From the NCBI GenBank assembly GCA_009103225.1, contig RHPI01002069.1, forward strand, positions 707,378 through 771,377: DNA of 64,000 nucleotides. The letters are read 5' to 3'. Source of the stretch: Chlorokybus atmophyticus. Taxonomy: Eukaryota > Plantae > Mesostigma and Chlorokybus algae. Below, piece by piece: positions 23,946 to 38,406 of the stretch. Every line of letters begins with the position of its first letter. The first letter of the stretch is position 1. The notes under the pieces were generated by a model that worked only from the letters and a program-made list of their open reading frames with translations, did not search any database and was not told where the DNA came from. A program made the position numbers and the translations under genes.

Positions 23946-24943
23946 GGTCAACTTCCTCACTGTATAACAGTCCTGCTAGAGAAGGCATGCTTTGCTTACT
24001 TGTTGTCATAGATTAAAATCCGTGATTGTGCTGGTGTGCAAGGTTGTTGGCAAACAAGCACTCGTTGTCTTCTGGTAGCTGTTGCCGCACTTGCACTGGG
24101 CGTTATGTCAAACGCCCGACCTGCACTGGTGCAGCCATTGTGGCAAGCATGTGCAGCCTAGTGTTGATTGCAAAAGCCATTTGCATCAGTTGCATTGCAT
24201 CAATATGCTCGTACAAGGTGGTCATTTCTGTATGGTTGCAAAATATTTGCAATTGGTATGCGAACCAGGGCTGCTAGTGTGATTGCTGTATGCACACATG
24301 TACCATGCACATTATCTTGGAGTGTAGAAAGTATGCAATGCTGTGCATGTGACTCACCATGGCACGGCCCATGCAACATACGCCAGCACAAGCCCAGTCC
24401 AACGTGGCAGCAACTTATTTCACCACCGGGCTGCCTACACAACCTAGGTAGCTAGCTTCGCTATTGCCCTTACCCCGTTAGTCAACATGCATGCATCATC
24501 ACCTGCGACACCGCCAGTAGCGTCAGCCTTGCACCAACGGATGTCAACGAGCACTACGACCAGCAGACCAAACTCCCCCCACCACCGCTCTCCCACACCG
24601 CCACCACCGCCAGTACTGCTGCTGCGGCTGCCGGCTTAGGGTTTCGTCAGTCGTACCACTCACACGCACGGTGGCATGCACGGCTCAAACTCCCTGCGTG
24701 GATGCGTTCATTTGTCCCTGACTGGTAGTAGTCATGTGTGCCAAGCGCAGCTCTTATGTGGTCTATGCATTCATGCGTCAACTTTTTGCCTGGAACCACA
24801 TTCGCTAGGCCTCGTAGCTCGCACTCGAGCTACAATGACATGACAATAGGCTATGACATCATGACAACTCTGTGTTCGTGTACAGTTTTTTCGTACCACA
24901 GCATGTTCGCATGACATGCTGTTAGGCTGGCATCATAACATTG

Positions 24944-27900
24944 TCATTTGCCTATGCAAAACTCGCTGAAAATCTGCCCCAGCACTGATTCAATGTCTAT
25001 CCTGCCCGTAACCTGACCCAGCGCATGTGCAGCGGACCTCAGCTCCTCTGCTGCCAGCTCTATGGGCTGATGAGGCCCATTCCGTAGGTAACTGCATCCC
25101 AACATGAGCTGTGATCTTGACATTGTATTGTGATCAACACTACACTACAGAACTGCGTAGGCATAACGCATAGAAGCCATACTTTACTGGGCACGCAAGT
25201 TGAGCTCAAAGCCGTATTCACCTTTGTAAGCATCTTATGCACTCTTCAAGGTGCTTTTTGTGTCGCAACCTGGTCACCATTGGTTCGTGGCCTCCACCAA
25301 TGTTACTCAACTCCTCCTGAAGTTAGTATAAAAGAACACAGTCATTAACCAAAAAGCTGTGCGTGTGGCAATCAGGCTTGCAGTGCCTCGGCGCACCTTC
25401 ACTATAGCCCCTAGCCCCGCCGCCAACTCGTTCACACCCCTGCCTGTCACGCACGATACAGCAAAAGCCCTCCTTGGCGTTGACCCAAGCCAGCTCTCAA
25501 ACCTATCAGCATTGGCTGCCTCCACGTTGGCAGCCGTCAGGTCACACTTGTTGAACACCGCGACCGTGCTGGGCCAGTGCAGGCCAAGAGAATCTGCAAG
25601 CAATTGCATCAATGAGCATGTTGTCTTTCAACACACGCCCACACATCACGGCTTGTACTTGCACCTTCCAGTTGGGTCAGCAGGGTTGGGTCTTGCATGA
25701 GCGCGTGGGCATCCAGAACGCACAACCGCACGTGAGCTGACTCCGCTGCAGCCAGCGCTCGCTTCATGCCCTGCATACGATTGTCATGTAACCACAACAC
25801 ACATGCACGCACGAGCACAGGCGCATGTGCACGTGCGTACACACTCTGCTTTTCTCTCTTGACGCATACCTCGCGTTCAATGTCATCAGCAGCATCACGT
25901 ATCCCGGCAGTGTCAAGCAAGATTACTTTGTAACCGTTGAGGTCCAATGCAACCTGCACACGAAGAGCATCTACTTGCACGTTATGCAAAGTGACATGGA
26001 TAACAGAATTGCCGCTGCACAATGACACACTAACCTCAATGACGTCGCGTGTTGTTCCTGGCACAGCAGACACAATGGCTGCCTCCCTTCCAGCAAGGAA
26101 GTTCAGGAGGCTGCTCTTGCCTGCACGCATGCCATCATGCATCACAGTATGTAATCACACCACTGCAAGGAGGGACAATGCAAGAACAGGATTGCGTGGG
26201 GTTGTCACTGCACAAGGTATGTGCACTCCACGCTGTTGCTATGATGACTGCCTGTGTGCGTGAGGGCGATACCTGCATTTGGCGGACCAACGATTGCCAC
26301 TCTAAAGCCAGATGATACAATCTCACCCGCAGGAGCACGCGCGAGGGCACATTCCAAAGATTGCAGCAGAGCACCAACACGCGGGAGCAATGTTGCTGCC
26401 AGCTGTACCAGAACAGGTGGTTGGCACAGACCAACACTTACGAAGCTGCGAATCAAACTTGCCTGTGTTGTGATGTTGGCATCGTCTTCAGGGAAGTCAA
26501 TGAGGGCTTCAAGGTGTGCCAAGCAAGAGAGCAGCTGTGTCCGCCATGTGTCATACTGCCTGCACATGAGTTCGCATTGATCACGGCACACCAAGCAACC
26601 ACACACAGCTTGTTCATGTCGCCCTTTCTGTCGCACGCACATACCCTCACATGACAGTAGCACTCACAAAACACTCATCATTATGAGTGTAATCACTCCG
26701 TCACACCTGCTCAAGGCACCCCCTTCCTGCCTGACAGCCACTTTCCGCTGCTCTTCCGTCTCGGCCGCCAGCAAATCCGCCAGCCCTTCCACCTACTATC
26801 ATTTACCCCCTTTACTCTCCACTCCTCGCATCATACACCACCACCACCACAAACCAACAACAACTCTACTGTATAACCTACTTGCGCCAGGTCGAGCTTG
26901 CCGTTGTCGTACGCCCTGCGAGCGAACTCCCCCGGCGTCGCGACGCGGATGCGCGGCAAGGAAGTGAGGGACGCGAGCGTCGCGCGCAGCACGGCGGGGG
27001 AGGCGTGGACGTGGAGCTCGGCGACGTCCTCGCCGGTGAAGCTGCGTGTGCATGAGGTGTGTGGATGTGGGTGGGTGTGGGTATGTACATGTATGTACAT
27101 GCGCAGTCGAGCACGTGATGTGCATGCGTGCTTGCGTGCTTGTGTGCATGTTAAGCACACAAGTGCGCAGGCAAGCCAACATGCGAGTGCACATGCGTAT
27201 GCATTCGGGCGTGTAAAGCACGTGCATGCATACGTGTGTGCGCGCATGCGCACGCCTGCGTGTGTGTGCCTAACACATTGAAAACACTCGCACACAATGT
27301 CATGTCAATGTCATGTCACAAAAACCCTTCCCCCTCCCCTCCCCTCCCCTCTCTCACCTCTTCGGCCCCGGCATCCACAGCACCATCCCCCTATCAATCA
27401 CTTCCCCATCCTCCGGCCTTCTCAGTCTCGCGACCGTGGCCACTCGCGGGGTCGGGAGCGCCGCTTGGGTCGAAAGCGGCAGCAGGGCGCGCAGAGTGTT
27501 GGAGGCGAGGGGACCGGAAATGCGGATCACGGCGAGGCCTGCGGGTGGNNNNNNNNNNNNNNNNNNNNNNNNNNNNNNNNNNNNNNNNNNNNNNNNGGGG
27601 GGGCACAAGCAGCAGTGAAGTAACAATTTGCAAAGGAAATTGGAAACCGGAAGTGTTGGGTTTATGATGTACTTCTATACGTGTAAGCTTGCGCATGCAT
27701 GGTGGTGCGCATGCATGGTGCTGTGCAATGGAACAACGTGGCTTGTGCTATGAATTGCAGCCATCACTGAACGTTGTCACTGAGCTGCTTGTCGTTTCAC
27801 GACATTTGAGACACAGACAACCCCAGATCAACATGTGCAATGAAGGTGACACCCTTCAGCATTGGTCGCACCTGCTTTGCCAGAGCCGCTAGCCACGGCG

Positions 27901-28031
27901 CAGATGGTGTCCCGGACAGCAGTCCCTCCACCAAACTCAGACGCAGAACATGCAGCAGCAGCACACCACCTGCGCAGTCCGCTGCTGGCCCTGCCAACCA
28001 ACCTCGCCGTCGCCGCCGCCGCCGCCTGCAT
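24944..28031 (-). CDS. mnmE: tRNA modification GTPase MnmE/TrmE (GTPBP3), organellar
   Basis: [14 protein letters not shown] / LAVIRISG / [14 protein letters not shown]...[15 protein letters not shown] / EALIDFPED / [15 protein letters not shown]...PGTTRD / DTAG / NKCD / FSEFCIGK-stop. Confidence 0.95.
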
Positions 28032-28177
28032 GGTATGAGACACTCCTACAACATACACATGCACCATTTCCACCCCAATAATTTTGCAGCTTTTCACTTT
28101 GGCGAAGTCAACTAGCCAGATCGCCCAAACCTGTTCAATTTTGAACCGATCCCAAACTCGTCCAAACAGGTCCAGGA

Positions 28178-28192
28178 TTAGGGTTAGGGTTA
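28178..28192. promoter_or_regulatory. Double telo-box-like motif in the ~320 bp mnmE/PAF1 divergent promoter
   Basis: TTAGGGTTAGGGTTA lies between head-to-head genes. Confidence 0.55.
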
Positions 28193-28351
28193 ATCCTGGT
28201 CCCTAATCCACCCCTGCTGCTTGCTGTTGGCGTTGCCGCCATCGGCGGCGAGGTGGCTGCGGGGTGCTGGTTCACGGGCTGGCTTGAGTGCACGCGTTGA
28301 GGAACGGGGCAGCGAAGTCTTGTAGTTAGGTCTGGAGGAGTATACTGTGGC

Positions 28352-31300
28352 ATGGCGGATGCGACGGTTGCTGCTCCTGGTAGGCTGGATAGGTTGCACC
28401 AACCCTTTTTCTTCTCCCAAGCGTGCAGTCAGTCATGCTTGATGGACTTTTAGGCACATGTGAAATCATAGGTATCTGCCATGTGGAGCGGTTGCGTGGT
28501 TGAGCACGTTTTTAAGCAGTAGCTTGCACATGTGTGCATGTGTGTTCAGCCATGCTGCTTGCAATTAGCGGTTTTCTGCTCGCAACAATGCGTGTGCATG
28601 ATGGCGCATTGCTGCATGAACCGCTGTTGTCTTTGACGGAGACTGCTTTGCGTATGTACTCGTGCACATACCGCAGCAGTCACGTTTTCGCTCAGCCTCG
28701 TTTGAATTAAAGTTTCCATCCAAACCAGTAGTAGATTGGTCGTTGCTGCCAGGATGCTTGTGCTAGCTGCTGTTATACTCTTCCCAATTGCCTGAAATGC
28801 AGCGTATAATGGATGATAATTGGTGCAGTGCTGTTTGTGTACTTGAATGAGCATTCACGCAATATGTATATGACTGACTGCTGTTCAATTGCACTGATCT
28901 TGTTGCCTGAGTTGATGCGTCATGCGCTGTACAGAGCTATTGCGAGTTGGTAACTCTAGCAGGGTTTAACTTGCATGGTGCAGTGGGCGCAGTAGCAGAC
29001 AGGCATTCGGCTCGGGTTGAGACCGAGGAGCAGCGGCAGGCACGCAAGCGGCGCGAGGCAGAAGACAGGAAGCGGAGGGAAGAACAACAACACAGACAAC
29101 AACAACAACGGGCTTCGGCTGCTTCGGAGGCTCAGCACCGCAGCAGTCAGGGCGGGCAAGCAGCTCAAGCACAATCACAGCGCCCGCAGCAGCAACCGGG
29201 ACAGCCGCCAGGCGAACAGAAGCCAGCCAAGCCCCTTCCGCCAGAGGCCGATGGAAAAGAAACCAACCTTTTACGGAGACCAACGCGCTTCCAATGCCGC
29301 ATTGGGTAAGGTGCTTGGGCTATGCGAGCCAGGACTTGAGTGCGGAGTGTGCCTCAGAGACGCGCCTGACATATGTTGATATGGAGTTGCATGAGGTGAT
29401 GTGTGCAAAGGGGTTGTTGGTGCATGTTCATCAACACAATTTTGCACAAGCTTGTCATGTGTCCAGTTGTTGTGTTTCTGTCTTCTATGTTTGCGGGTGC
29501 GTGATGCATCATGCACTTTTGTTTGCACACGACATTTGTTGGTTATTTTCCTGCATTATCATGGCAGATTCCGCAATGATCTTCCGGATGTGCCTGCGGA
29601 GCCCAAGTTCTTGACGTACCAATTCAATAAAGACAGGTTGCCGTCAGTCCGCGTGTATTCTTGTTCATTTCGCTTGCAGCAAGCATGCAGCAGAATACGT
29701 GATACAATGGATGGACGGCTTGCATGCAGGTATGTGCAATGGAGGCCAACCACCTTGGAAAAAGCGCACACGCATGACATTTTGTGCGAACCGGATCTTG
29801 GTATCCCCATCGACTTCATGTCGTACGATCCCCTTTGGTGAGTGTGCAACTGGCATCATTCACCAACGCAGAGACTGTGCTTTCAGCAGCCTCACCTGCA
29901 TGCGTTCATCATCAGGGCTCCAAGGGATCCGAATGCAACGCTGGATCCGGAAGACATTGCGCTGATGGAGGGTTTGAATGCTGCTCCTGCGGCTGCAGCA
30001 CCGAAGAAGCATCGCCCGGAACTGGCGTGGCTCATGCGCACAAAGTACATCTCCAACGACGAGACCGTGCGGCAGGTGCACAACAGCTTGGCCAATCCCT
30101 AATCCCAAGCATGTTTGTGTATCTGCTGTTCTGTTGGCGGCATTGCACAAGTTGTGAAAAAGACACCTCTTCACAGGCTGCTGGTGCAACAGAAAGGCGA
30201 GCACGCATGTTGCGCCAACAAGCTCTTGTCGCGGATGAAGAGTTGGAGGGTTTGGATGATAGGTTAGCATGCAATGCTGGTCGTGAGGTTTGTCGTTGAC
30301 TTGTTCCTGGCTATCCTTAGCTTCGTTCGTTTATGCAGGCAAAAGCAGATCCACATCATCAACAAGACATTTGAGGCAGCAAAGGAGCCTCCTGTGCATG
30401 CTACCAACCCGTCATTGACAGCAGTATCTGTGCTGCCCATTCTGCCAGATACTGACAGGTGTGTTTTATATCTTTTCTTGTTTCGCGCAGCCATGCCGTA
30501 CCGCTGCCGCCAGGTGATATGGACAAATGTTGACAACTACTGCATGTATGTGTGGCAGGTGGCGGCACCATTACGTTCATGCCAGCTTCGACACAGCACC
30601 TACGGAGGATGTTGAGGGGTACAAGCACCTCACTGCAGAGCAACGTTCACAGCTGGAGACAAAGGTGCTTGTCAAGACTTGGGTAGCATTTGCGAGTTGA
30701 ATAGCAGTCTAACACTCAGCTCATCACAGGCAATCATTAAGAGCTACGCCATTCAGAGTGACAATCAAGTGGAGAAGTTTGTCGCCCTCCTCATGCCGCA
30801 GCTGGATGCGCAGGTAGAGTTGCATTGCATACATGAGTACTTGTTGAGTCAGTGCCATAGTGCCAAAGTGCATGTGGTGGAGTTCTCAGTGTTGGTGTGG
30901 CCACAGGATGAGCCTAGCAGCAGCGATAACGGAGATCATTACGTGTGGGTCAGGGAGTACAACTATATGGTGAGTGACTGTACATGTGTTCCGCTTGTCA
31001 ATGCAATTGGCTTTATTGCCTTGCAACAGGGTTCTCATTTTCATGTTCTCTCTCTTTTCCCTGACTCGTTGAGTGTATATGCAGGTGAAGCCTGAGAAGA
31101 GTGGTGAGCGCCAGACATATTGTCTGCGGTTTGATGATGATGCCGTGCGGTATCTGGTAAGCTCCCGACCAATGCCTGCTTTCTGCATACTACTGCAAGA
31201 GTATACCTCCAGATAGCAACTGAAACCTGTGTTCTTTGCGGCCAGGACCTGAACACAAAGCTGGTGTTAAACAAGAAAAAGGCCAAGGACGGAGGCTCCA

Positions 31301-31686
31301 AACTCACTGACTTGGGAGATTTCAAGCGCCCGCAGTTGGTAAGTTTAGCATGACAGTGCTGTACTAGAGGCCTTACACAGCTTGCCCCCTTGCTCTGTGC
31401 TCACTCGCTTCCTGCGCAAAACTAGATCACTTTGAAAAGAAGAGGAGAGTCTCAGCAAGAGCAGCAGATCACGCAGAAGAAGCTGCGCGCGCTCGAGCAA
31501 GTATGCAGTCAGCGAGCATGTCTGTTCATAGTTTCACATTGCCTGCGATGCAGCTCTGATCCACATTGTGTGCCTCATCAGGGAGCGACTGGGCAGTTGC
31601 AAGAGCAGATGGCGTTGTCCGTTGTACCTGCTGGCAACAGCGATGACGAGGATGTGGACATCAGTGGGAGTAGTGACTCAGAATAA
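28352..31686 (+). CDS. PAF1: RNA polymerase II-associated factor PAF1 (ELF7/VIP2-like)
   Basis: RPTRFQC / RFRNDLPDVPAEPKF / TTLEKAHTHDILCEPDLGIPID / LDPED...WLMRTKYIS / IQIINKTFE, with an acidic C-terminus. The start codon is inferred. Confidence 0.88.
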
Positions 31687-33458
31687 TGAGTTTGTGCAAT
31701 GTAAGACAAGTTGTGATGCGGTAAATTGATGCAGTATTATACGAGGTGGATACATATGGCAATTGTTGCTGAATCGTTGCAAAAGTCATAAAACCAACAC
31801 AGGTGGGTATGTTGTGGTGTGGAAACGTTTGCAACAGCTTTGTACAAACTTGCACGAATAATTTTTTTCGGTCACCACATGTGTTGTGGCGTTACATAGG
31901 CACATGATGAGCGCACAACGTAGGGAAAACACTCGTGCACTGAGCAGTGCAGCAGTACAGTGCATGGCGCGAATCGCGTTCAATGCTAGTTTCACTGATG
32001 CTTGCTTATGTAGATGAGTGGGACCACGTTATTGACAACTTCTCCCTGTTGAAGAGCTCAGCGAGATGCTCTCCCCGTTGAAGAGCACAGCGAGATGAAA
32101 CTATCGCACAGAGTTTCCTCACTGTAACACCCAGCACATGAGCACGGCCAAGAAGCAATGATTCTTACAACGGGAGGCTCTGTCACGGTGCCACCGTGGC
32201 AGGCGAGAGTTCAACAGGCAAGTTCCGCGCAGGACACGTGCTGCCGCCGTGAGCCAGCCTCGCACTTGTTGAGCCGCGGCCCAAGCCGCGTCATCTCCAT
32301 TACTCAAGGACCATGCATGAGGAAAATATCGATCACAACATCTCATTACGATTTTGCATGATGGGCCATCAACATTCTGTCCCTCCTGCCCGTAAAAGCT
32401 TGCGGCGAAATGATGCGTAGTAGTGAGAGTCAGATTTAGGGTTGCAATAGGACCAGTATACGCCTACCTGGTACCTGAGGCCCTCAGGCTGAGGGGCCGT
32501 TCATGTCCGCTGCTGAATGGTGGTTGAGACCTGTTTGGTCTGTTGCTGGCCGCGGGAAGTGATATGAAAAATCTGGAGTGCGGAAGATCCAGGTGGCAGA
32601 CCGATCCGGCCGGCGGGGCGTCCAACTGAACCGGCGGCGGTACACGAGCAATGCAGCACTGTCAAGGCCAACAGGTTCAAAACCGACCGGTGAATGCGGG
32701 TCATTGCCGCCTGTGCACAGCTGTTTTCGGTCTGGAAGAAACCCTAAGCTCCGATTAATCAATGCTTTCAGCACAGGCAAAGGCTCGCAGCTGAACGAGT
32801 GACAGTGTTGGGAGGCGACGTGGCGGCAAGGGCGGGAGGGCATAGGGGCGGAGGCGGGGGCGGCGGCGGTGCTGGCTACAACCTTTGTGCGCTTGCATGC
32901 GGTAGTGATTGACAGGTTTGGTTGCAATTCAACGTGGGTGGGCTGGCCCAGGGAGGGCTGCTTTGTGGCGGCATTGAAGTGAAGCGCGAGGAGCAGCAGC
33001 AAGGTGCGTATGCTGGAAGGCGTCCTGAGCATTGCTTGATGCTGACTTGTGAGACGGTTTGTGTGCGATCGCTCTGCCGGACTACTCGTAACAAACTGCC
33101 AACGTCCTTTCAGCAGCAGCGCATTGCAGTCTGCAACACGTCTGTTAGCCTAGCAGTTCGTGGCTGTTGCCTCAGCGCAAGTGCACTTGGCATGGCATGC
33201 CTAGTAGCTGCGTACACCGTTCGGGGCCGGGTCTTGCGAGCAATGTGAACTGCTGGCAAGTCGCTGACTCTGGGCGTCATCGGTTAATGCTGGGCTCGGT
33301 GACGCCCAGGATCTACAACTCGCTCCATTTGGGGTTGTAGCGATCAACTGTACCAACGTAAAGCGGCGTCGTCATCTTGTGCTAGAGTCGTCGTTAGTGT
33401 CATCAGTGGTTCGAGGTAAAGCTTGAGTGTTGTTGCGGCTTACAGCGTCTGCGCACAG

Positions 33459-36400
33459 ATGGCTACCGCCGCGCCTGCGGCATTGTTGGTGAGCGTTCCA
33501 TGCGCAGACGCCGGGGCGCTCACATCCCGGAAGACGTTAGTTAGCCAGCAAACTATCGTCAAGTCATCTCTGCGCAGTGCATTCCTGGGCACGACGCCTG
33601 CTGGCGGCTGCCTGCGGTTCGCGCGACCTTCACGCCGCACGCATGGGATCTACGTTTGCGCAGAAGCAAGCAGTGCACAAGCCGCCATTGATGCTGCCCA
33701 CCTCGAGAAGTCGCTTCAGGTCAGCTGCCAGCCGTTGATAGTGCTTGCTAAGGCCAAGTGTATGTGTTGATTACGACTAGTGATGGTCGTCATGCATGTC
33801 TCTCGGTTGATTGCGTGTGCTAAGCACAGTCAAGTTGGTTGAGTTGTCACTTGGTTTGACGGCGGAGCTGCCGTTCTACGTTAAGGCGGCCTGATAGCGC
33901 ATGCCCAGCAATGAGGTTTGCTTGTGAGATAGGTGGCTAGCAGCAACTGCTGTTGTCTCAACAGCAGCAACCTTGCCGTGCTTTGCTGACGAGGCGCATA
34001 TGCACTATTATCTACCCCTACAGTGGGTCTGCTCGTATCTAGGCAGCAGGCCTGCTATCTAGATAGGAAAAAGTCCACTGTAAACACATGCAGCACGTTT
34101 TCACAATGTCAAGATTGTCAATCCACAGCAGCAACGCTTGGGTCCCATGCTGAATGTGACAAATTTGTGCGCTCTCGCCAAATGCCTCACAAGTTCTGCT
34201 TGATACTGCAGGCTGAAAGCGTGCCAGGCGCTGAGGACAGCCTCAATGGAGCGTCCACATCAGAGCGCGCGACGAAAGCACCTCCCATGTCTCTTGTGTT
34301 TGTTACGTCCGAAGTGGCACCGTGGTCTAAGACTGGAGGTCTGGGCGATGTCTGTGGCGCACTTCCTGCAGCGCTAGCATCTCGTGGTCACCGCGTCATG
34401 GTGGTGGCACCAAGGTAGTGCTTCTTCGCATGCAGTGCCGACCCAATTGTTGGCTGCAATGTCATTGTGTAGGACTTGCATGCATGCAGGCCTAGAACTT
34501 TTCTCAAGCGATGTTGCCATCGTGCCCGTGTAATCTTGATGAAGCAGGCATTTGTCATGCAGGCATGCATTGACCATGATATCTGTTGCAACATTGTTAG
34601 TGTACGCATTCAGATTATGAACAGCTCAATCAGTGTAGCCATGGGCTGGTGGTGTCATTGTCACACGAGCATACTAAAGTGCTGCACTCACTCGATGTTT
34701 TGTAATATGGGTGACTGCAGCAATGGCACTGCGCATCATGTGCAACCTGCGGCTGTAGACCTCTTGTTGTTGGAGTTGGCTGCGCGCATGCTCGAAGATT
34801 GTGTCATGGTGCATGTCAGCATTGAGTGTCCGATTGGTGTCCTGCGTATGCTGTACACTTGAGCTCGGAAACCTGCCAACTCAACAAAACGTGGTTCAGT
34901 CTGCTTTGATGCTTTGGTCATGACAACGACATTGTGGCAGGTATGGCTTGTATCCAGACGCAGTTGACACGGGGGCGCGCGCGTCGGTGTGGTGTTTTGG
35001 GCAACATCATGAGGTGGGGTTCTTCCACTGCTATAAAGACAATGTGGACTACGTTTTTGTTGACAATCCAGGCGCCTACTTGCGAGCAGGTGGGTTGTAT
35101 TCGATTGGTTGATCTGCTGTGCTTCAACAGTTGAGGCGCTGTGGGTGTTTGCTTATCCCTTGTTTTGTCAGGTACGCCATATGGCGATGCCAATGGCACC
35201 TTTGGAGATAACCACTACAGATTCACACTTCTCTGTCTCGCGGCTTTGGAGGCCCCACTCCAGGTACCTGGCCGATTCCATGCAGGATGTGTGGCGTTGA
35301 TGTTGGAAGCGACTGCAGCGTTGCTTGTCTAGTGCAAATTAGGACCTCTTCTATTCATCTGAATTGAGTGTGGCGTTACTGTTATTGGGTTGTGCTTACA
35401 ATCACACATGGCCATAGTCTACAAGCTGAGGTCAGATATCTTGTGACTCAGTCGTTGCTGACTAGTGGTTGTCCGTAGGTTCCTGTTGGGGGCGTTATCT
35501 ATGGACAAGACTGCGTCTTTCTTTGCAACGACTGGCACGCAGGCTTGGTGCCTGTCTACCTGGTACGCCCGTGTGTCTGTTGATATGTGCTGTCTATGCG
35601 TGACTGTCATTAACAGCCGGCTCCCAACAGGCTGCAAAGTACAGGCCATCTGGTGTTTACCTAGGAGCGCGCTCTATCTTCTGCATCCACAACCTGTTCC
35701 ATCAGGTTTGCATCATTTGCGTTGTCTGGTGTTTGTCATGTTGTGCAGCATTGGGCAGTCAAGCTGATGTCTTTTGGTTTCATTGGCGCTGCAGGGTGTG
35801 TTCCCTCCGAGCAAGTTTACAAGCCTTGGCCTGCCTTCAGAGTGGTACCATTGTCTCGAGTACCAGTATCCAGCCTGGGCTAGGAAAGGCAGTTACGAAG
35901 AGGAGGGCCGCTCCCTTAACCACTTGAAGGCTGGTGCGTCCACTGCCGACCGCATCTTGACGGTCAGCCCAGGGTACAGCTGGGAGATGCGCACCCCTGA
36001 AGGCGGATGGGGTCTTGATGGGCTGCTGCAGGTACGACATTCACTCGCAATCGCGAATTTGCACTTGAAGTTAATCAGCTATTCTGGAAAAGTCTGAGGC
36101 TTGGTATGCTGTGGGTATCAGTTCAGCGTAGGCACTCCCTGGCTCAAGCTTTGCTGGTTTGCACGTGCGGGAGTGCTCTACATTAATTTCAGAGTACGCC
36201 TTGTGTTGTGGCGGACACGTTGACTGAACTACGTTTGGTGCAGGGTCGATCTTACCACATCAATGGCATCCTCAATGGCATCAACATGACTGAGTGGAAT
36301 CCTTCCTCTGACTCTTTGATTGCGGCGCCTTACTGTGCTGAGGATCTCAGTGGGAAAGCAGAATGCAAGGCTGCTCTGCAGCGCGAGCTTGGCCTCCCAG

Positions 36401-37204
36401 TCCGACCTGAAGTGCCTATGGTAAGTATTGAATCAACCACTCTTAAGAGGTGTTTCTGCCACAGTGCATGATGTGCTTGCTGATATTCGCTCGCAGATTG
36501 GGTTTATCGGGAGGTTGGACTACCAGAAGGGTGCCGACTTGATTGCTGGTGCGCTGCCGTGGCTGATGTCAATGGACGTCCAATTGGTGATGTTGGGGTC
36601 GGGCGACCCCGGTCTGGAGGATCTGCTGCGATCTACCGAAGCACACAACCGAGACAAGGCGCGCGGGTGGGTCGGGTTCAATGTGGACATGGCGCACAGG
36701 ATCACAGCTGGCGCAGACATTCTGCTCATGCCGTCACGATTTGAACCATGCGGACTCAATCAGGTCAGTGCAGCTGGGTTCGTTGGCATGAAGGCTTGTT
36801 GCGGCGATTGGCAAGCTGGTTGATACTGGTGCAGGAGACATTGTTGGCATTAACAAACATGAATTTAGCAACATGGCTAACGTCCGTGATGTGTGCAGCT
36901 ATACGCCATGCGGTATGGAACAGTGCCCGTAGCGCATGCCACGGGCGGTCTCCGGGACACGGTGGTGGACTGGAACCCGGAGGAAGAGACCGGCACAGGG
37001 TGGACCTTCAGTCCTGCCACAGTGGAGGGGCTGATGCATGCTCTGGGCCTGGCACTGCACACATACTGGCATTTCCCAGAAGCGTTCAGGAAGCTGCAGC
37101 TCAATGGCATGGCGCAAGACTACAGCTGGGACCGCGCTGCAGAGGCTTATGAGGAGGTGTGCGGGTGGTCCAAGCTGGATTTACCCTTTGTTGACCAACG
37201 GTAG
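33459..37204 (+). CDS. SS1: Soluble starch synthase I (GT5), plastid-targeted
   Basis: [22 protein letters not shown] (KTGGL), [58 protein letters not shown] and DYSWDRAA. Confidence 0.95.
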
Positions 37205-37837
37205 ATGTGCAATAATAACCTTGGCTGCTAGATAATGATGGAGCATACTTTCTACTGTTTATGTCAAGGCTCCATAGTGTGTAATAATGTGCGCTTCGGG
37301 TGCATAGAATACCTTTACTGAGTACCTTGCAAGTGGTTTTGGCGTTTCGTATGGACATGAGTGTTACTACCCGTTCAACATGTGCATCATCTGCGTTGTG
37401 TGTATGACATGGTGCCGCTTTCACTCACCCGAAGATATCAGCTGTTACAGCTACGCGCATATGAACGCTGATGGGGGTCAGAGCCTACGAGCTGATGCCG
37501 GCGCCAAGGCTCACCTGCAGGTTACACTGAAATTGGAGCCTCCACTGTGTATGATTTCGTTGCCATGACAACTTGACCGATGGCCAAAATTGCACAAACC
37601 AGTACCCAGCATACTGCTTACAGCAGCACAACACCATTGAAGTTATTATTCAGCACGCTACCAGTAGGACTTACAAAACAGCTGCACACAAGGAGGTTAC
37701 CTACGCAATGCACAATGTGAAGCATCAACAGCATCAGACATCAGCCCTCTTTCACAGCACGCAAAGGCCCAGCAATGCTACCCTTGCAGTGGGCATTGCT
37801 GACGATGTGCATGCATGCAGCCCCAAGCTACGCACAG

Positions 37838-38406
<569 letters not shown>

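Noticed and set aside
27050-27290. Alternating purine-pyrimidine (TGCA/CGTG) tracts with Z-DNA potential in an mnmE intron
   Set aside because: Similar TGCATG/CA-rich low complexity occurs in introns throughout the window, so it is background for this genome.
32041-32098. Two 29 bp direct repeats
   Set aside because: They are adjacent with no spacer, so this is a simple local duplication.
32700-32800. Telomerase RNA template candidate around AAACCCTAA
   Set aside because: The motif is equally explained as a promoter telo-box. I could not identify a snRNA-type promoter or the conserved TR elements.
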